Source: Candidatus Uhrbacteria bacterium (lineage in GTDB: Bacteria; Patescibacteriota; Patescibacteriia; 2-12-FULL-60-25). Taken from it: DNA of 64,000 nucleotides. A program made the translations under genes and the position numbers. Positions within the stretch are counted from its first letter, which is position 1, and the number at the start of each line of letters is the position of its first letter. Under the pieces are notes generated by a model. That model searched no databases, was not told the DNA's origin, and saw only the letters and a list, made by a program, of their open reading frames with translations. The stretch covers positions 3,073-67,072 of the forward strand of contig JACRQE010000007.1 in assembly GCA_016222815.1 (NCBI GenBank). Direction: 5' to 3'. Positions 10,202 to 17,769 of the stretch are shown here, piece by piece.

Positions 10202-10870
10202 TCACCTGAATTCTCGCTTCAATCTCCCCAACCTGACCATAGCCATGGCTTTAACGATCTGGTAGCCCATATGCATATATTCCTTCAGCCCTTTCAGAAA
10301 ACCGACTTTCTGCATCTTGCGACGGATATGCAGTCCCGGCAGTTCAACCGTGCCGTATTTCAGATGGTGCGATCGGCAATAATAATTCAAAGCCGATTCG
10401 ACCATGAATCCCTGCAGGAATTTATCCGGAATATCCTCGAAAACATGTCTCTCCATTATCCTCTCTCCGCCGATAAGCGGCAAATATGCCGCCAGCTTCA
10501 TGCCCCATTTTCCGCGGTCCCGTATCCCGACGCACATCGCCAACTTCCCGCTCATCACCGGCTGCATTATCTTTTTCAGGTGCTCCGTACTTAAACCTTT
10601 CAAATCCGCATCAAGAAAAAACAGTATCGGCGCATCGGTATGCGCCACGCCGTGCATCATGGCCGCGCCCTTACCGTGCTTCCAGGGCATCTGATGCACC
10701 AGTGAGGCTCCGGCTGCCCGTGAAATCTCCGCCGTCCTGTCCGTGGATCCGTCGCTAATCACGATGACATCGCGAAAAAGCTTGGAATTCACCAAGGTAC
10801 TGACAATGGGCCCGATAGTCTGTTCTTCGTTATATGCCGCCACTATCGCCGCTACTGGTTTATCATTCAT
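10202..10870 (-). CDS. Glycosyltransferase family 2 (short, 222 aa)
   Basis: AAIVAAYNEEQTIGPIV..VIVISDGSTDRT..FLDADL, typical GT-A motifs. Confidence 0.85.
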   Translation of the reverse strand: MNDKPVAAIVAAYNEEQTIGPIVSTLVNSKLFRDVIVISDGSTDRTAEISRAAGASLVHQMPWKHGKGAAMMHGVAHTDAPILFFLDADLKGLSTEHLKKIMQPVMSGKLAMCVGIRDRGKWGMKLAAYLPLIGGERIMERHVFEDIPDKFLQGFMVESALNYYCRSHHLKYGTVELPGLHIRRKMQKVGFLKGLKEYMHMGYQIVKAMAMVRLGRLKREFR

Positions 10871-10894
10871 AATTCATCTTCCGATTCAAACTGT

Positions 10895-11467
10895 TTATCT
10901 GATCTTGGCTAAGTCGTATCTGATCTCTTCCAGCTTACGTAGGTGCTGTCTTGCTTGATCGATCTTATTCCTCAAATTTCCCGTAGCATCCAGCGACAAC
11001 AAAAACTCGACCATGCCTTCGGATATCCCATAAAGTTCGTCCACCTTTTCGGCATCATGCTCGATTGCCGCTTTCGTGGCTAAACGCACGAATTCGCCGA
11101 TCAAATCCGATAAACCTCCGATGAGGATGTCCGGCTCGTCCGTGATGCGCTGCGGCGGAAACAGGTCCTTGCCCTTTATGGCTTTGTCGAAAAAACAAGC
11201 TTCGCAATATTCCTCCAATGAAGCCCGCCACATCCCTTCGTTATTCAACCGCGGCTGTTTTTTTATCAAAGACAATCCTTTTGCCAGCGCTTCCTCGGCT
11301 TCGACCAGAAGCTTATCAGATTTATCGACTTCACCTCTTTGCAACGCAAAAATGGATTGTTTTGAGTTCCTTTGGGCCAACTGGCTCAACTCCTGGAGTT
11401 TCCTGCGGTCAGTATTTATCGCGGCGTAACGCGAGGCCAACGATTTCAGCGCGACTTGGGTTTTCAT
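10895..11467 (-). CDS. Translin-family protein (often mis-annotated as haloacid dehalogenase-like)
   Basis: 190 aa, all-helical. ..LEEYCEACFFDKAI.. and ..ILIGGLSDLIGEFVRLATKAAIEHD.. resemble the translin C-terminal signature. Recognised by eye only. Confidence 0.55.
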   Translation of the reverse strand: MKTQVALKSLASRYAAINTDRRKLQELSQLAQRNSKQSIFALQRGEVDKSDKLLVEAEEALAKGLSLIKKQPRLNNEGMWRASLEEYCEACFFDKAIKGKDLFPPQRITDEPDILIGGLSDLIGEFVRLATKAAIEHDAEKVDELYGISEGMVEFLLSLDATGNLRNKIDQARQHLRKLEEIRYDLAKIR

Positions 11468-11472
11468 GTTGA

Positions 11473-12606
11473 TTATTTGGTATGGATTAGCGAGTAATAA
11501 AGCGCTTCAGTCCGGTTGACCACCGAATTCCATGAATAGAGCCGCATCGCCACTTCGCGTGCCCGCTGGCCGCGCTCACGCACGATCTTGGGGTCATTGA
11601 CCAGCCATTGCAAAGTGTCGCGCAACGCTCCGATATCCCCGACTTTATACGCAACACCTGAATGGTCTATGAGTTCCAAATTCTCCGGGATGTCGCTCAT
11701 CACGACCAAACGGCCGTACGACATGGTTTCCAGGATGGAAAACGCCAAACCCTCACTGCGCGAAGCATGGATGAGGGCATAGGCGTTAGCCGTAAGCTGT
11801 TTCAGCGTTTCTCCCGTCTGCTTTCCGGTGAATACTATCCGCGGATCTCCGTGCGCCAATTTACGGATATATTCCTCGTAATCCTGCTCCTTCCTGTTTT
11901 TGGCCGAAAAACCCACGATCGCCAGCTTCATATCCGTCTCGACCAGCCTGAACGCCCTGATCGCATCATCGATGGCTTTATGCGGGATGAAACGGCATAG
12001 CGTGAAAAAATACTTATTCGGTTCTAACCCGAACAGTTTCAGGTCTTCGTGGCCAACATCGGCCGAGGGGATATCCACCCCGTTCGGGATGTACCAGGCG
12101 AATCGTTTGAATTTACTTCGGCATAGGATCTGGATGGAATGCGAAACTGCAATCGTCGCATCCGGAAAAACAACCGAGGTCCATTCGCCCAAAGCCAAAT
12201 ACATCTTCGCGAACCAGCCCCACTTCTCATGGAATCGGTCGCGGCTATGGAACGTGACCACGACCTTTGCTCTTGGCTTGAAAAACCTCGGTATCCAGGA
12301 CAAGGTGGACGGCCCTACTCCGTGGTAATGGACGATGTCGGCCCGACGGAACAAGACGTGGACCGAAGAAAGGAGCGTGTGCGTGATGGTATCCAGATTC
12401 TTGCTCCGGATGGTCGGCAGAGTAATCAACCTTACGCCCTTATAGAACTTCAATCGACGCGGATTAGCATACGGCCGCACATAAACCGTGACCTTATGGC
12501 CTCGTCCGACTAGTCGCGTAGCCAGCTCTTCGACATGCGTCTCAATACCGCCGCCTAGCGACAAGGCGGCTGGAATACCCTTGCATCCGATGATCGAGAT
12601 ACGCAT
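11473..12606 (-). CDS. Glycosyltransferase family 1 (GT4-like)
   Basis: ORF 11473..12795 trimmed to ATG 12606 (MRISIIGCKGIPAA..). The upstream 63 codons are the antisense translation of the tRNA and a repeat. C-terminal ..SRSEGLAFSILETMSYGRLVV.. is the GT1 E-x7-E region. Confidence 0.88.
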   Translation of the reverse strand: MRISIIGCKGIPAALSLGGGIETHVEELATRLVGRGHKVTVYVRPYANPRRLKFYKGVRLITLPTIRSKNLDTITHTLLSSVHVLFRRADIVHYHGVGPSTLSWIPRFFKPRAKVVVTFHSRDRFHEKWGWFAKMYLALGEWTSVVFPDATIAVSHSIQILCRSKFKRFAWYIPNGVDIPSADVGHEDLKLFGLEPNKYFFTLCRFIPHKAIDDAIRAFRLVETDMKLAIVGFSAKNRKEQDYEEYIRKLAHGDPRIVFTGKQTGETLKQLTANAYALIHASRSEGLAFSILETMSYGRLVVMSDIPENLELIDHSGVAYKVGDIGALRDTLQWLVNDPKIVRERGQRAREVAMRLYSWNSVVNRTEALYYSLIHTK

Positions 12607-12607
12607 C

Positions 12608-12636
12608 TTGATTAATTTACGTGATTCTTGTATTAT
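12608..12636 (+). promoter_or_regulatory. Candidate promoter for tRNA-Lys (TTGATT-17-TATTAT)
   Basis: -35 at 12608-12613, 17-nt spacer, -10 at 12631-12636. Would give a leader of roughly 77 nt containing a family S repeat. Confidence 0.4.
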
Positions 12637-12673
12637 CTTAGCACGAAAATAGACCTCAGTCACGTCAATGCAG

Positions 12674-12709
12674 GTCATCCTAAGCGGAGTCTGACGGAGT
12701 CGAAAGACC
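12674..12709. repeat. Family S element copy (GTCATCCTAAGCG..gtctgac..GAAAGACC)
   Basis: gtcatcctaagcggagtctgacggagtcgaaagacc, located between the candidate promoter and the tRNA. Confidence 0.65.
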
Positions 12710-12719
12710 TTTAAAGCTT

Positions 12720-12794
12720 GCGCCTGTAGCTCAGTGGTAGAGCAGTGGCCTTTTAAGCCAACGGTCGTGGGTTCGATCCCCACCGGGCGCACCA
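12720..12794 (+). tRNA. tRNA-Lys (anticodon UUU), CCA encoded
   Basis: Folded by hand. Acceptor gcgcctg/cgggcgc, D-arm gctc-agtggta-gagc, anticodon loop cTTTTaa, T-arm gtggg-ttcgatc-cccac, discriminator A, then CCA. Confidence 0.9.
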
Positions 12795-12797
12795 AAC

Positions 12798-12825
12798 AAA
12801 AAGCTCCGCTTCTGCGGGGCTTTTT
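12798..12825 (+). terminator. Intrinsic terminator after tRNA-Lys (bidirectional A/T flanks)
   Basis: aaaaa-gctccgc-ttct-gcggggc-ttttt. Confidence 0.75.
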
Positions 12826-12843
12826 GTTTGGTAAAATATGGAA

Positions 12844-12869
12844 AGCGGCACCATTTTTGGGGTGCCGCT
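12844..12869 (-). terminator. Hairpin terminator of the small gene 12883..13185
   Basis: 9-bp stem agcggcacc/ggtgccgct with an 8-nt loop, 14 nt after the stop codon on the minus strand. Confidence 0.55.
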
Positions 12870-12882
12870 GGAGCGGAGGGCG

Positions 12883-13185
12883 TCAGCTCAGGTGATTCGG
12901 GACCTTACGCGCAGCTTTGATCTTCTTCGCTTTGCGCTGCAGGATGGCGTTGACCGTCGGCTTGATCTCGAGCTGGACAAGCCGACGCTTATCCGGGGTG
13001 AGGCTCGCGATGAGCTCGTCGTCGCAGAGCAGCTTGACGAAGTCCGCCAGCTCATCCGGGGTGAAGCTCTGTTTCGCCAAGCAGCGTTCGACATAGTCGT
13101 TCAGACGCTCGAGCGGAAAGCCTTCAGTCGGCGGACAGATGACACGCGATTCACTGCTCTGGGTGTAGCTGACTTTGTTGGCCAT
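12883..13185 (-). CDS. Hypothetical protein (100 aa), own promoter and SD
   Basis: ORF trimmed to ATG 13185 (MANKVSYTQ...). GGAGA lies 7 nt upstream. Strongly C/G-ending codons, like rpmA. No family recognised. Confidence 0.6.
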   Translation of the reverse strand: MANKVSYTQSSESRVICPPTEGFPLERLNDYVERCLAKQSFTPDELADFVKLLCDDELIASLTPDKRRLVQLEIKPTVNAILQRKAKKIKAARKVPNHLS

Positions 13186-13215
13186 TCGTAAATCTCCGGG
13201 TGAAAGAACCCGGTG

Positions 13216-13244
13216 AAAATACAACATTTTAGGCGTTTTGTCAA
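13216..13244 (-). promoter_or_regulatory. Promoter TTGACA-17-TATTTT
   Basis: On the minus strand: -35 at 13244-13239 (context TTGACAAAA), 17-nt spacer, -10 at 13221-13216. Confidence 0.55.
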
Positions 13245-13251
13245 TTCTCGC

Positions 13252-14340
13252 CTAACGGTCAATCAACCCCAGCCATCTTTCTGCCAATTCCCTTCCGTCA
13301 TCCGTAGGCAGTTTCTGTCGTAAGCTCCGGCCCAGTTTTTCGCGAGTCGAACTGTCGTCCAAAAGCCTCGATATCTGTTGTTTCAGGTTTTCCGCAAAAC
13401 CCGTCCCCTGATGCACGCTCACGATGGAATCGCCCAAAGCTCTTATGTTTTCCTCTTGCGGGCTGTTTGGTAAAGGAATCGCGATTGTCGGTTTTCCCAA
13501 AGATGCCAATTCGGACAATGCGCCGAAACCGGCTCTCGATACAACCAGGTCCGAAGCGCAATATGCGTTCAACATCTGGATTTCGTTGAAGAACTCATAC
13601 GGTCTGTAACCGTCCCTAGCAAGCGTATCCCCCATCTTCCCCTTACCGGTCAGATGGATTACCTGCGTTTTTTCCGGCAAACCGTCCAATATGCCCGCTA
13701 TAGCCTCGTTGAGTGAAATAGCTCCCGTCCCTCCGCCGGTCACGAAAACGATCGGTTTCTCCGGATCAAATCCGAATTCAGCCGCTGCCGCCTCTCTTGA
13801 CGGAGTCGGGACATTGGCGAAACGACATGGCGTAGCGACCCTGATCGCCTTCACACCTCCGAATTGGGGCGAAGGATAATCGAAGGACGCGGTCAGCAAC
13901 TCGCATTTTCCGGCTACAGCTTTATTTGAAAGCAAAGGAGTGTAATCAAGCTGATGCACGGCGCATGGAATCCCCATCTTCGATGCCAGCCTGATGATCG
14001 GGACCTGCATGAAACCCCCGGCAGAAAATACCGCTTTGGGCATGATTCCTTCCAAAAGACGCTTGGCTTCAGTCCTGGCTTTCAGGTAATCGAACGGGAA
14101 AGTGAACCATGACTTGTCCGGATAACGCGCTACTTTGGCCACAGGTAATGCATGGAATCCGACGCCTTCGCCCTCGACCAACGGCGCCTCCGGCCCTTGA
14201 GCCGTGCCGATCCAGGAAAATTCCAAATCCGGCCGCACTTCGCGCATCCTGCGCAATACCGCTAAGAGCGGCGTCACCGGACCCAGCGTTCCCCCGCCGC
14301 AAAACAAAACTCTATTTTTTTGTTGGTTGTTCGTTTTCAT
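13252..14340 (-). CDS. murG: UDP-GlcNAc:undecaprenyl-PP-MurNAc-pentapeptide GlcNAc transferase MurG
   Basis: 362 aa with N-terminal GGGTLGPVTPLLAV and a GT28 architecture. Follows ftsW with a 4-nt overlap. Confidence 0.92.
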   Translation of the reverse strand: MKTNNQQKNRVLFCGGGTLGPVTPLLAVLRRMREVRPDLEFSWIGTAQGPEAPLVEGEGVGFHALPVAKVARYPDKSWFTFPFDYLKARTEAKRLLEGIMPKAVFSAGGFMQVPIIRLASKMGIPCAVHQLDYTPLLSNKAVAGKCELLTASFDYPSPQFGGVKAIRVATPCRFANVPTPSREAAAAEFGFDPEKPIVFVTGGGTGAISLNEAIAGILDGLPEKTQVIHLTGKGKMGDTLARDGYRPYEFFNEIQMLNAYCASDLVVSRAGFGALSELASLGKPTIAIPLPNSPQEENIRALGDSIVSVHQGTGFAENLKQQISRLLDDSSTREKLGRSLRQKLPTDDGRELAERWLGLIDR

Positions 14341-15440
14341 ACTCTCGACTGTCTAGAGACTGAAGCCATTATCCCCATACCGATAGCCAGTGCCGCTAAC
14401 GCCGAGCTCCCATAGCTCACGAACGGAAGTGTGACGCCGGTGATAGGCATGAGTCCGATCATGGAAGATACGTTCAATATCGTCTGTACCGCAATCCAAC
14501 ATCCGATGCCCGTGGCCAAAAACCTTCCAAATACGTCAGGTGCGCCGCGCGCAATCGCCAAACAGCGGTTGACCAAAAAAGCCATAGCCACTAAAAACGC
14601 GACCATCATGAAAAATCCCAATTCTTCTGCCATGACTGCGAATATGGAATCTCCGGCGACTTCGGGCAAATACAGGTATTTCTGCCGTGAATGTCCGTAG
14701 CCGACACCGAACAATCCGCCCGAACCGATGGCCAAAAATGCCTGGTTGATGTGGTAGCCGATGCCTTGCGGATCAAGCTCCGGATGCAGGAACGTCATGA
14801 AACGCGCCGCGCGATATGGTGTGACTTTGATGAGCAGCGCTATGAGCGCGACCCCCATCATGCCTAAAGTCACGAACCATCCAATCGGCGCTCCGGCGAT
14901 GAAATATGTCAAAAGTGCTGACATGGTGATGACGGTCATCGAGCCTGTGTTCGGCTGCATGATGAGCAAACCCATCACGATGCCGAGCGCGGCCAAAAAC
15001 GGGAACAAGCCTTCCTGCAGTGTCCTGGCCTTGTTGTCATGCCGCGCAGCCAACCACGCCGCCGCGTAAACCAGGAAAGTGACTTTTACGAATTCCGAAG
15101 GTTGGAAAGATATGGGCCCCAAGTTCACCCAACGCCCGGCACCGCCGAAACGCAATCCTAGGCCCGGGACATAAACCATCACGAGCAAAACGATCGACGC
15201 CACCAGGGCGGGTATGGCCAAAGGCTGGAGTCTGCGGTAATCGATACGCGAGAAGATGAAGAACAGGAAAATCCCGGGGATGAAACCCTTGGTCAGCTGT
15301 TGTTTGAAAAAGAACCAGGTATCGCCGAAATGCTGCAACCCGAGAGGTCCGCTGGCCGATAAAAGCATGAGTAAACCGAATATGGACAAACCGGCGACAA
15401 GCGCCAAGAACTTCTTGTCTATCGGTGCGACATGCCGCAT
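14337..15440 (-). CDS. ftsW: SEDS-family peptidoglycan polymerase FtsW/RodA
   Basis: 367 aa, about 10 TM, typical FtsW/RodA/SpoVE sequence (..QPSEFVK.., ..GVTLPFVSYGSSA..). Confidence 0.9.
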   Translation of the reverse strand: MRHVAPIDKKFLALVAGLSIFGLLMLLSASGPLGLQHFGDTWFFFKQQLTKGFIPGIFLFFIFSRIDYRRLQPLAIPALVASIVLLVMVYVPGLGLRFGGAGRWVNLGPISFQPSEFVKVTFLVYAAAWLAARHDNKARTLQEGLFPFLAALGIVMGLLIMQPNTGSMTVITMSALLTYFIAGAPIGWFVTLGMMGVALIALLIKVTPYRAARFMTFLHPELDPQGIGYHINQAFLAIGSGGLFGVGYGHSRQKYLYLPEVAGDSIFAVMAEELGFFMMVAFLVAMAFLVNRCLAIARGAPDVFGRFLATGIGCWIAVQTILNVSSMIGLMPITGVTLPFVSYGSSALAALAIGMGIMASVSRQSRV

Positions 15441-15443
15441 AGG

Positions 15444-16490
15444 CTACATCCGGTCCGTAAGCGCCAAAACCACGCCCACGCCTGCCGAAAACATGGAGAT
15501 GAGCCATGTCCTGAATACGATTTGCGACTCTTTCCATCCGATGGCTTGCAGATGGTGGTGCACCGGTGCGCTCAGGAACACTTTCTTCTTGCGGATTTTC
15601 TTTGAGGCGACCTGGATGATGACGGACAGCGACTCGAGCACGAACGGCAAGCCGATGATGGGCAATAACAACGGCTGATTGGTCAGCATGGCTACGACGC
15701 CTAATGCCGTGCCTAAAGACATCGCCCCGGTGTCACCCATGAAAAACGAAGCCGGTGTCACGTTGTACCAGAGAAAGGCCATCAAAGCGCCGACGATGGC
15801 CACGCAAAATACGGCCAAATCCATTTTGCCCTGGGCGAATGCGATGACCGCGTAACCTGTGAACGCGGCCATGAGCGGCCCTCCTGCTAGACCATCCAAA
15901 CCATCGGTCTCGTTGACCGAGAAAGAAGTCGCGATAATGACGATGGCGAATATCGGGATGTAAAGCCAACCCACTTCAAAATTCCCTACGAACGGAATGT
16001 GGATGAAATCCCAACCTAGTTTGGAGTAGAACCACCAAGCGCCGCCTAATGCGATAAGCGAATACGAAATAAGTCGGTGGCGCATGCGCAACCCCCCGCC
16101 TGCCGCACCGATTTTCTTAACGTTCAGATAATCATCCACCAAACCGACCATGGCCGCAGCCAGAAGCGCTCCGATGGGCAATAGCGTCTGTGACCTCGAC
16201 AGGAAATTCCAGGAACACCACGCACCGTCGATGAAAGCGCATCCGCTCGAGAGGATGAGCGTCACGACCAGGACCGTTACCCATACGACCAAACCGCCCA
16301 TGACTGGCGTGCCCGATTTATGCGCGTGCAATCCACCGGCTATCGGCGCCACTTCGGCTGACCGGATAGTCTTTCCCATGCCGTACCGCTTCAGGAGCCT
16401 GATGAGGAACGGCGCCCAAGCCATGGCCAACGCAAAACAACCGAAAGTGATGACGATCAAGCGGATGACGACGAAAGCATTCAGGTTCAT
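15444..16490 (-). CDS. mraY: Phospho-N-acetylmuramoyl-pentapeptide transferase MraY
   Basis: 348 aa polytopic protein with ..NVKKIGAAGGGL.., ..NETDGLDGLAGG.. and ..APVHHHLQ.. motifs. Confidence 0.93.
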   Translation of the reverse strand: MNLNAFVVIRLIVITFGCFALAMAWAPFLIRLLKRYGMGKTIRSAEVAPIAGGLHAHKSGTPVMGGLVVWVTVLVVTLILSSGCAFIDGAWCSWNFLSRSQTLLPIGALLAAAMVGLVDDYLNVKKIGAAGGGLRMRHRLISYSLIALGGAWWFYSKLGWDFIHIPFVGNFEVGWLYIPIFAIVIIATSFSVNETDGLDGLAGGPLMAAFTGYAVIAFAQGKMDLAVFCVAIVGALMAFLWYNVTPASFFMGDTGAMSLGTALGVVAMLTNQPLLLPIIGLPFVLESLSVIIQVASKKIRKKKVFLSAPVHHHLQAIGWKESQIVFRTWLISMFSAGVGVVLALTDRM

Positions 16491-16493
16491 ATC

Positions 16494-16521
16494 GTAGTAC
16501 GCGGTACGAAGTACGAGGTAC
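16494..16521. repeat. Tandem heptamer repeat, 4 units (plus strand GNRGTAC; mraY strand GTACNNC)
   Basis: gtagtac gcggtac gaagtac gaggtac. Ends 3 nt from the mraY ATG and fills most of the 36-nt intergenic gap. Confidence 0.85.
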
Positions 16522-16526
16522 GATTA

Positions 16527-16916
16527 TTAAAGATTAATCAAAACCAAGAAAAACAGGCCTGTACACCACAAGACCGTCAATGCGGCCGTAAACCCAACCA
16601 AAGTCTTGGCCGCAAGTTCGTCGGGCCGATATAAGCCCAAGGCGGTCAGAATGTTGATCAGGAATATGGCCATCATACCAGCCGGTAAGACCATTATCCA
16701 CTGCCACGACTGGACGCTGTCTATGCCGAGGTACACGTTGTAGTGCATCACTAAGATGCCTGAACGCCAACCCTCGGGAATCAACCTCCACAGGAAAAAC
16801 ACCGAGGCCGCGATGATGACTACACCGGTCACGATCGAAGTCCAGCGGATGAAATGGTTTTGCCAGGCGCGTTTGGCCGAAAAGCGCCAGTCGTCCAATC
16901 GCATGAAGTGTATCAA
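16527..16916 (-). CDS. Hypothetical membrane protein (129 aa, about 4 TM)
   Basis: Hydrophobic segments throughout; no family recognised. Immediately upstream of mraY. Confidence 0.55.
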   Translation of the reverse strand: MIHFMRLDDWRFSAKRAWQNHFIRWTSIVTGVVIIAASVFFLWRLIPEGWRSGILVMHYNVYLGIDSVQSWQWIMVLPAGMMAIFLINILTALGLYRPDELAAKTLVGFTAALTVLWCTGLFFLVLINL

Positions 16917-16924
16917 GATATTAT

Positions 16925-17016
16925 GTCATCCTGAACGAAGCGTAGCGCAGTTGAAGGACCTTTTTAAAAAGATCCTTCAACTCCGTCCCGTCTGACGGGA
17001 CTCCATTCAGGACGAC
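16925..17016. repeat. Two family S elements in inverted orientation (long hairpin, 10-nt TTTTTAAAAA centre)
   Basis: 16925-16960 gtcatcctgaacgaagcgtagcgcagttgaaggacc, then tttttaaaaa, then 16971-17016 gatccttcaactccgtcccgtctgacgggactccattcaggacgac. Confidence 0.8.
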
Positions 17017-17025
17017 GGAATACTA

Positions 17026-17274
17026 TCATTCCACCGCCACCACCTGCTTGATCCCGGGCACCATCTCGCATAGCGTCTCCTCGATTCCCGCCTTCAAAGT
17101 CATGTCAGAAAATGGACAACCAACGCAAGCTCCTTTCAATTTGACCTCGACTTTCCCTGTTTCGCTGTCAACCGACACCAATTCCACATCCCCGCCATGC
17201 ATCTGTATGCCGTCCCGAAGCTGATCCAACACCTTTTGTACCTCTTGTGCCAAATTTTCGCTGTTTTGAGCCAT
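17026..17274 (-). CDS. NifU-like Fe-S cluster assembly domain protein
   Basis: 82 aa; ..HGGDVELV..GACVGCPFSDMTLK.. is the NifU C-terminal CxxC domain. Confidence 0.85.
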   Translation of the reverse strand: MAQNSENLAQEVQKVLDQLRDGIQMHGGDVELVSVDSETGKVEVKLKGACVGCPFSDMTLKAGIEETLCEMVPGIKQVVAVE

Positions 17275-17308
17275 ATATTACCACCCAATGTACCTGTCCT
17301 TCCGCGCC

Positions 17309-17337
17309 TTGACAAGCACCCAATTTTAGCTTAATCT
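17309..17337 (+). promoter_or_regulatory. Promoter of rpmA (TTGACA-17-TAATCT)
   Basis: -35 at 17309-17314, 17-nt spacer, -10 at 17332-17337. Leaves a leader of roughly 80 nt. Confidence 0.55.
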
Positions 17338-17386
17338 TGTGGCTATCTAAACATTATCACTTAGAGACTGATCGGCGGCCCCCTCT

Positions 17387-17421
17387 GGCTACAGCCTACC
17401 GCCTACCACCTACATCCTAAC
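17387..17421. repeat. Tandem heptamer repeat, 5 units (NCCTACN)
   Basis: ggctaca gcctacc gcctacc acctaca tcctaac. Ends 3 nt from the rpmA ATG, with no SD. Confidence 0.8.
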
Positions 17422-17424
17422 CAT

Positions 17425-17712
17425 ATGGCACATAAGAAAGCTGGCGGCAGTACTAGTAATGTCCGCGATTCCCAGGGTCAGCGCCTGGGCACAAAACTCT
17501 ACGCCGGCGAGTTCGCCAAGGTCGGCAACATCATCGTCCGCCAACGCGGCACGGCCATCCGTCCGGGATTGAACGTGCGCAAAGGCAGCGACGACACCCT
17601 CTTCGCCGTAGCCGACGGCATCGTCAAGTTCACGGAAAAAAAGGTCCGCCGCTTCACCGGAGCTTTCAAGAAGGTCAAGCTGGCAAACGTCATCCCGGCC
17701 GAGGCGAAGTAA
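17425..17712 (+). CDS. rpmA: 50S ribosomal protein L27
   Basis: [22 protein letters not shown].., canonical L27. No rplU is adjacent. Confidence 0.97.
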   Translation: MAHKKAGGSTSNVRDSQGQRLGTKLYAGEFAKVGNIIVRQRGTAIRPGLNVRKGSDDTLFAVADGIVKFTEKKVRRFTGAFKKVKLANVIPAEAK

Positions 17713-17727
17713 TCCAAACCGAGATTC

Positions 17728-17754
17728 AAAAAAGCAGCCGCACGGCTGCTTTTT
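17728..17754 (+). terminator. Bidirectional intrinsic terminator
   Basis: aaaaaa-gcagcc-gcac-ggctgc-ttttt, between convergent rpmA and ORF 17770..18360. Confidence 0.8.
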
Positions 17755-17769
17755 GGTTTCAACGTAGAC

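Noticed and set aside
12607-12795. N-terminal 63 codons of ORF 11473..12795 (MVRPVGIEPTTVGLKGH..)
   Set aside because: GIEPT is the antisense translation of a tRNA T-arm. The region contains tRNA-Lys and a repeat, and the real GT1 start is ATG 12606.
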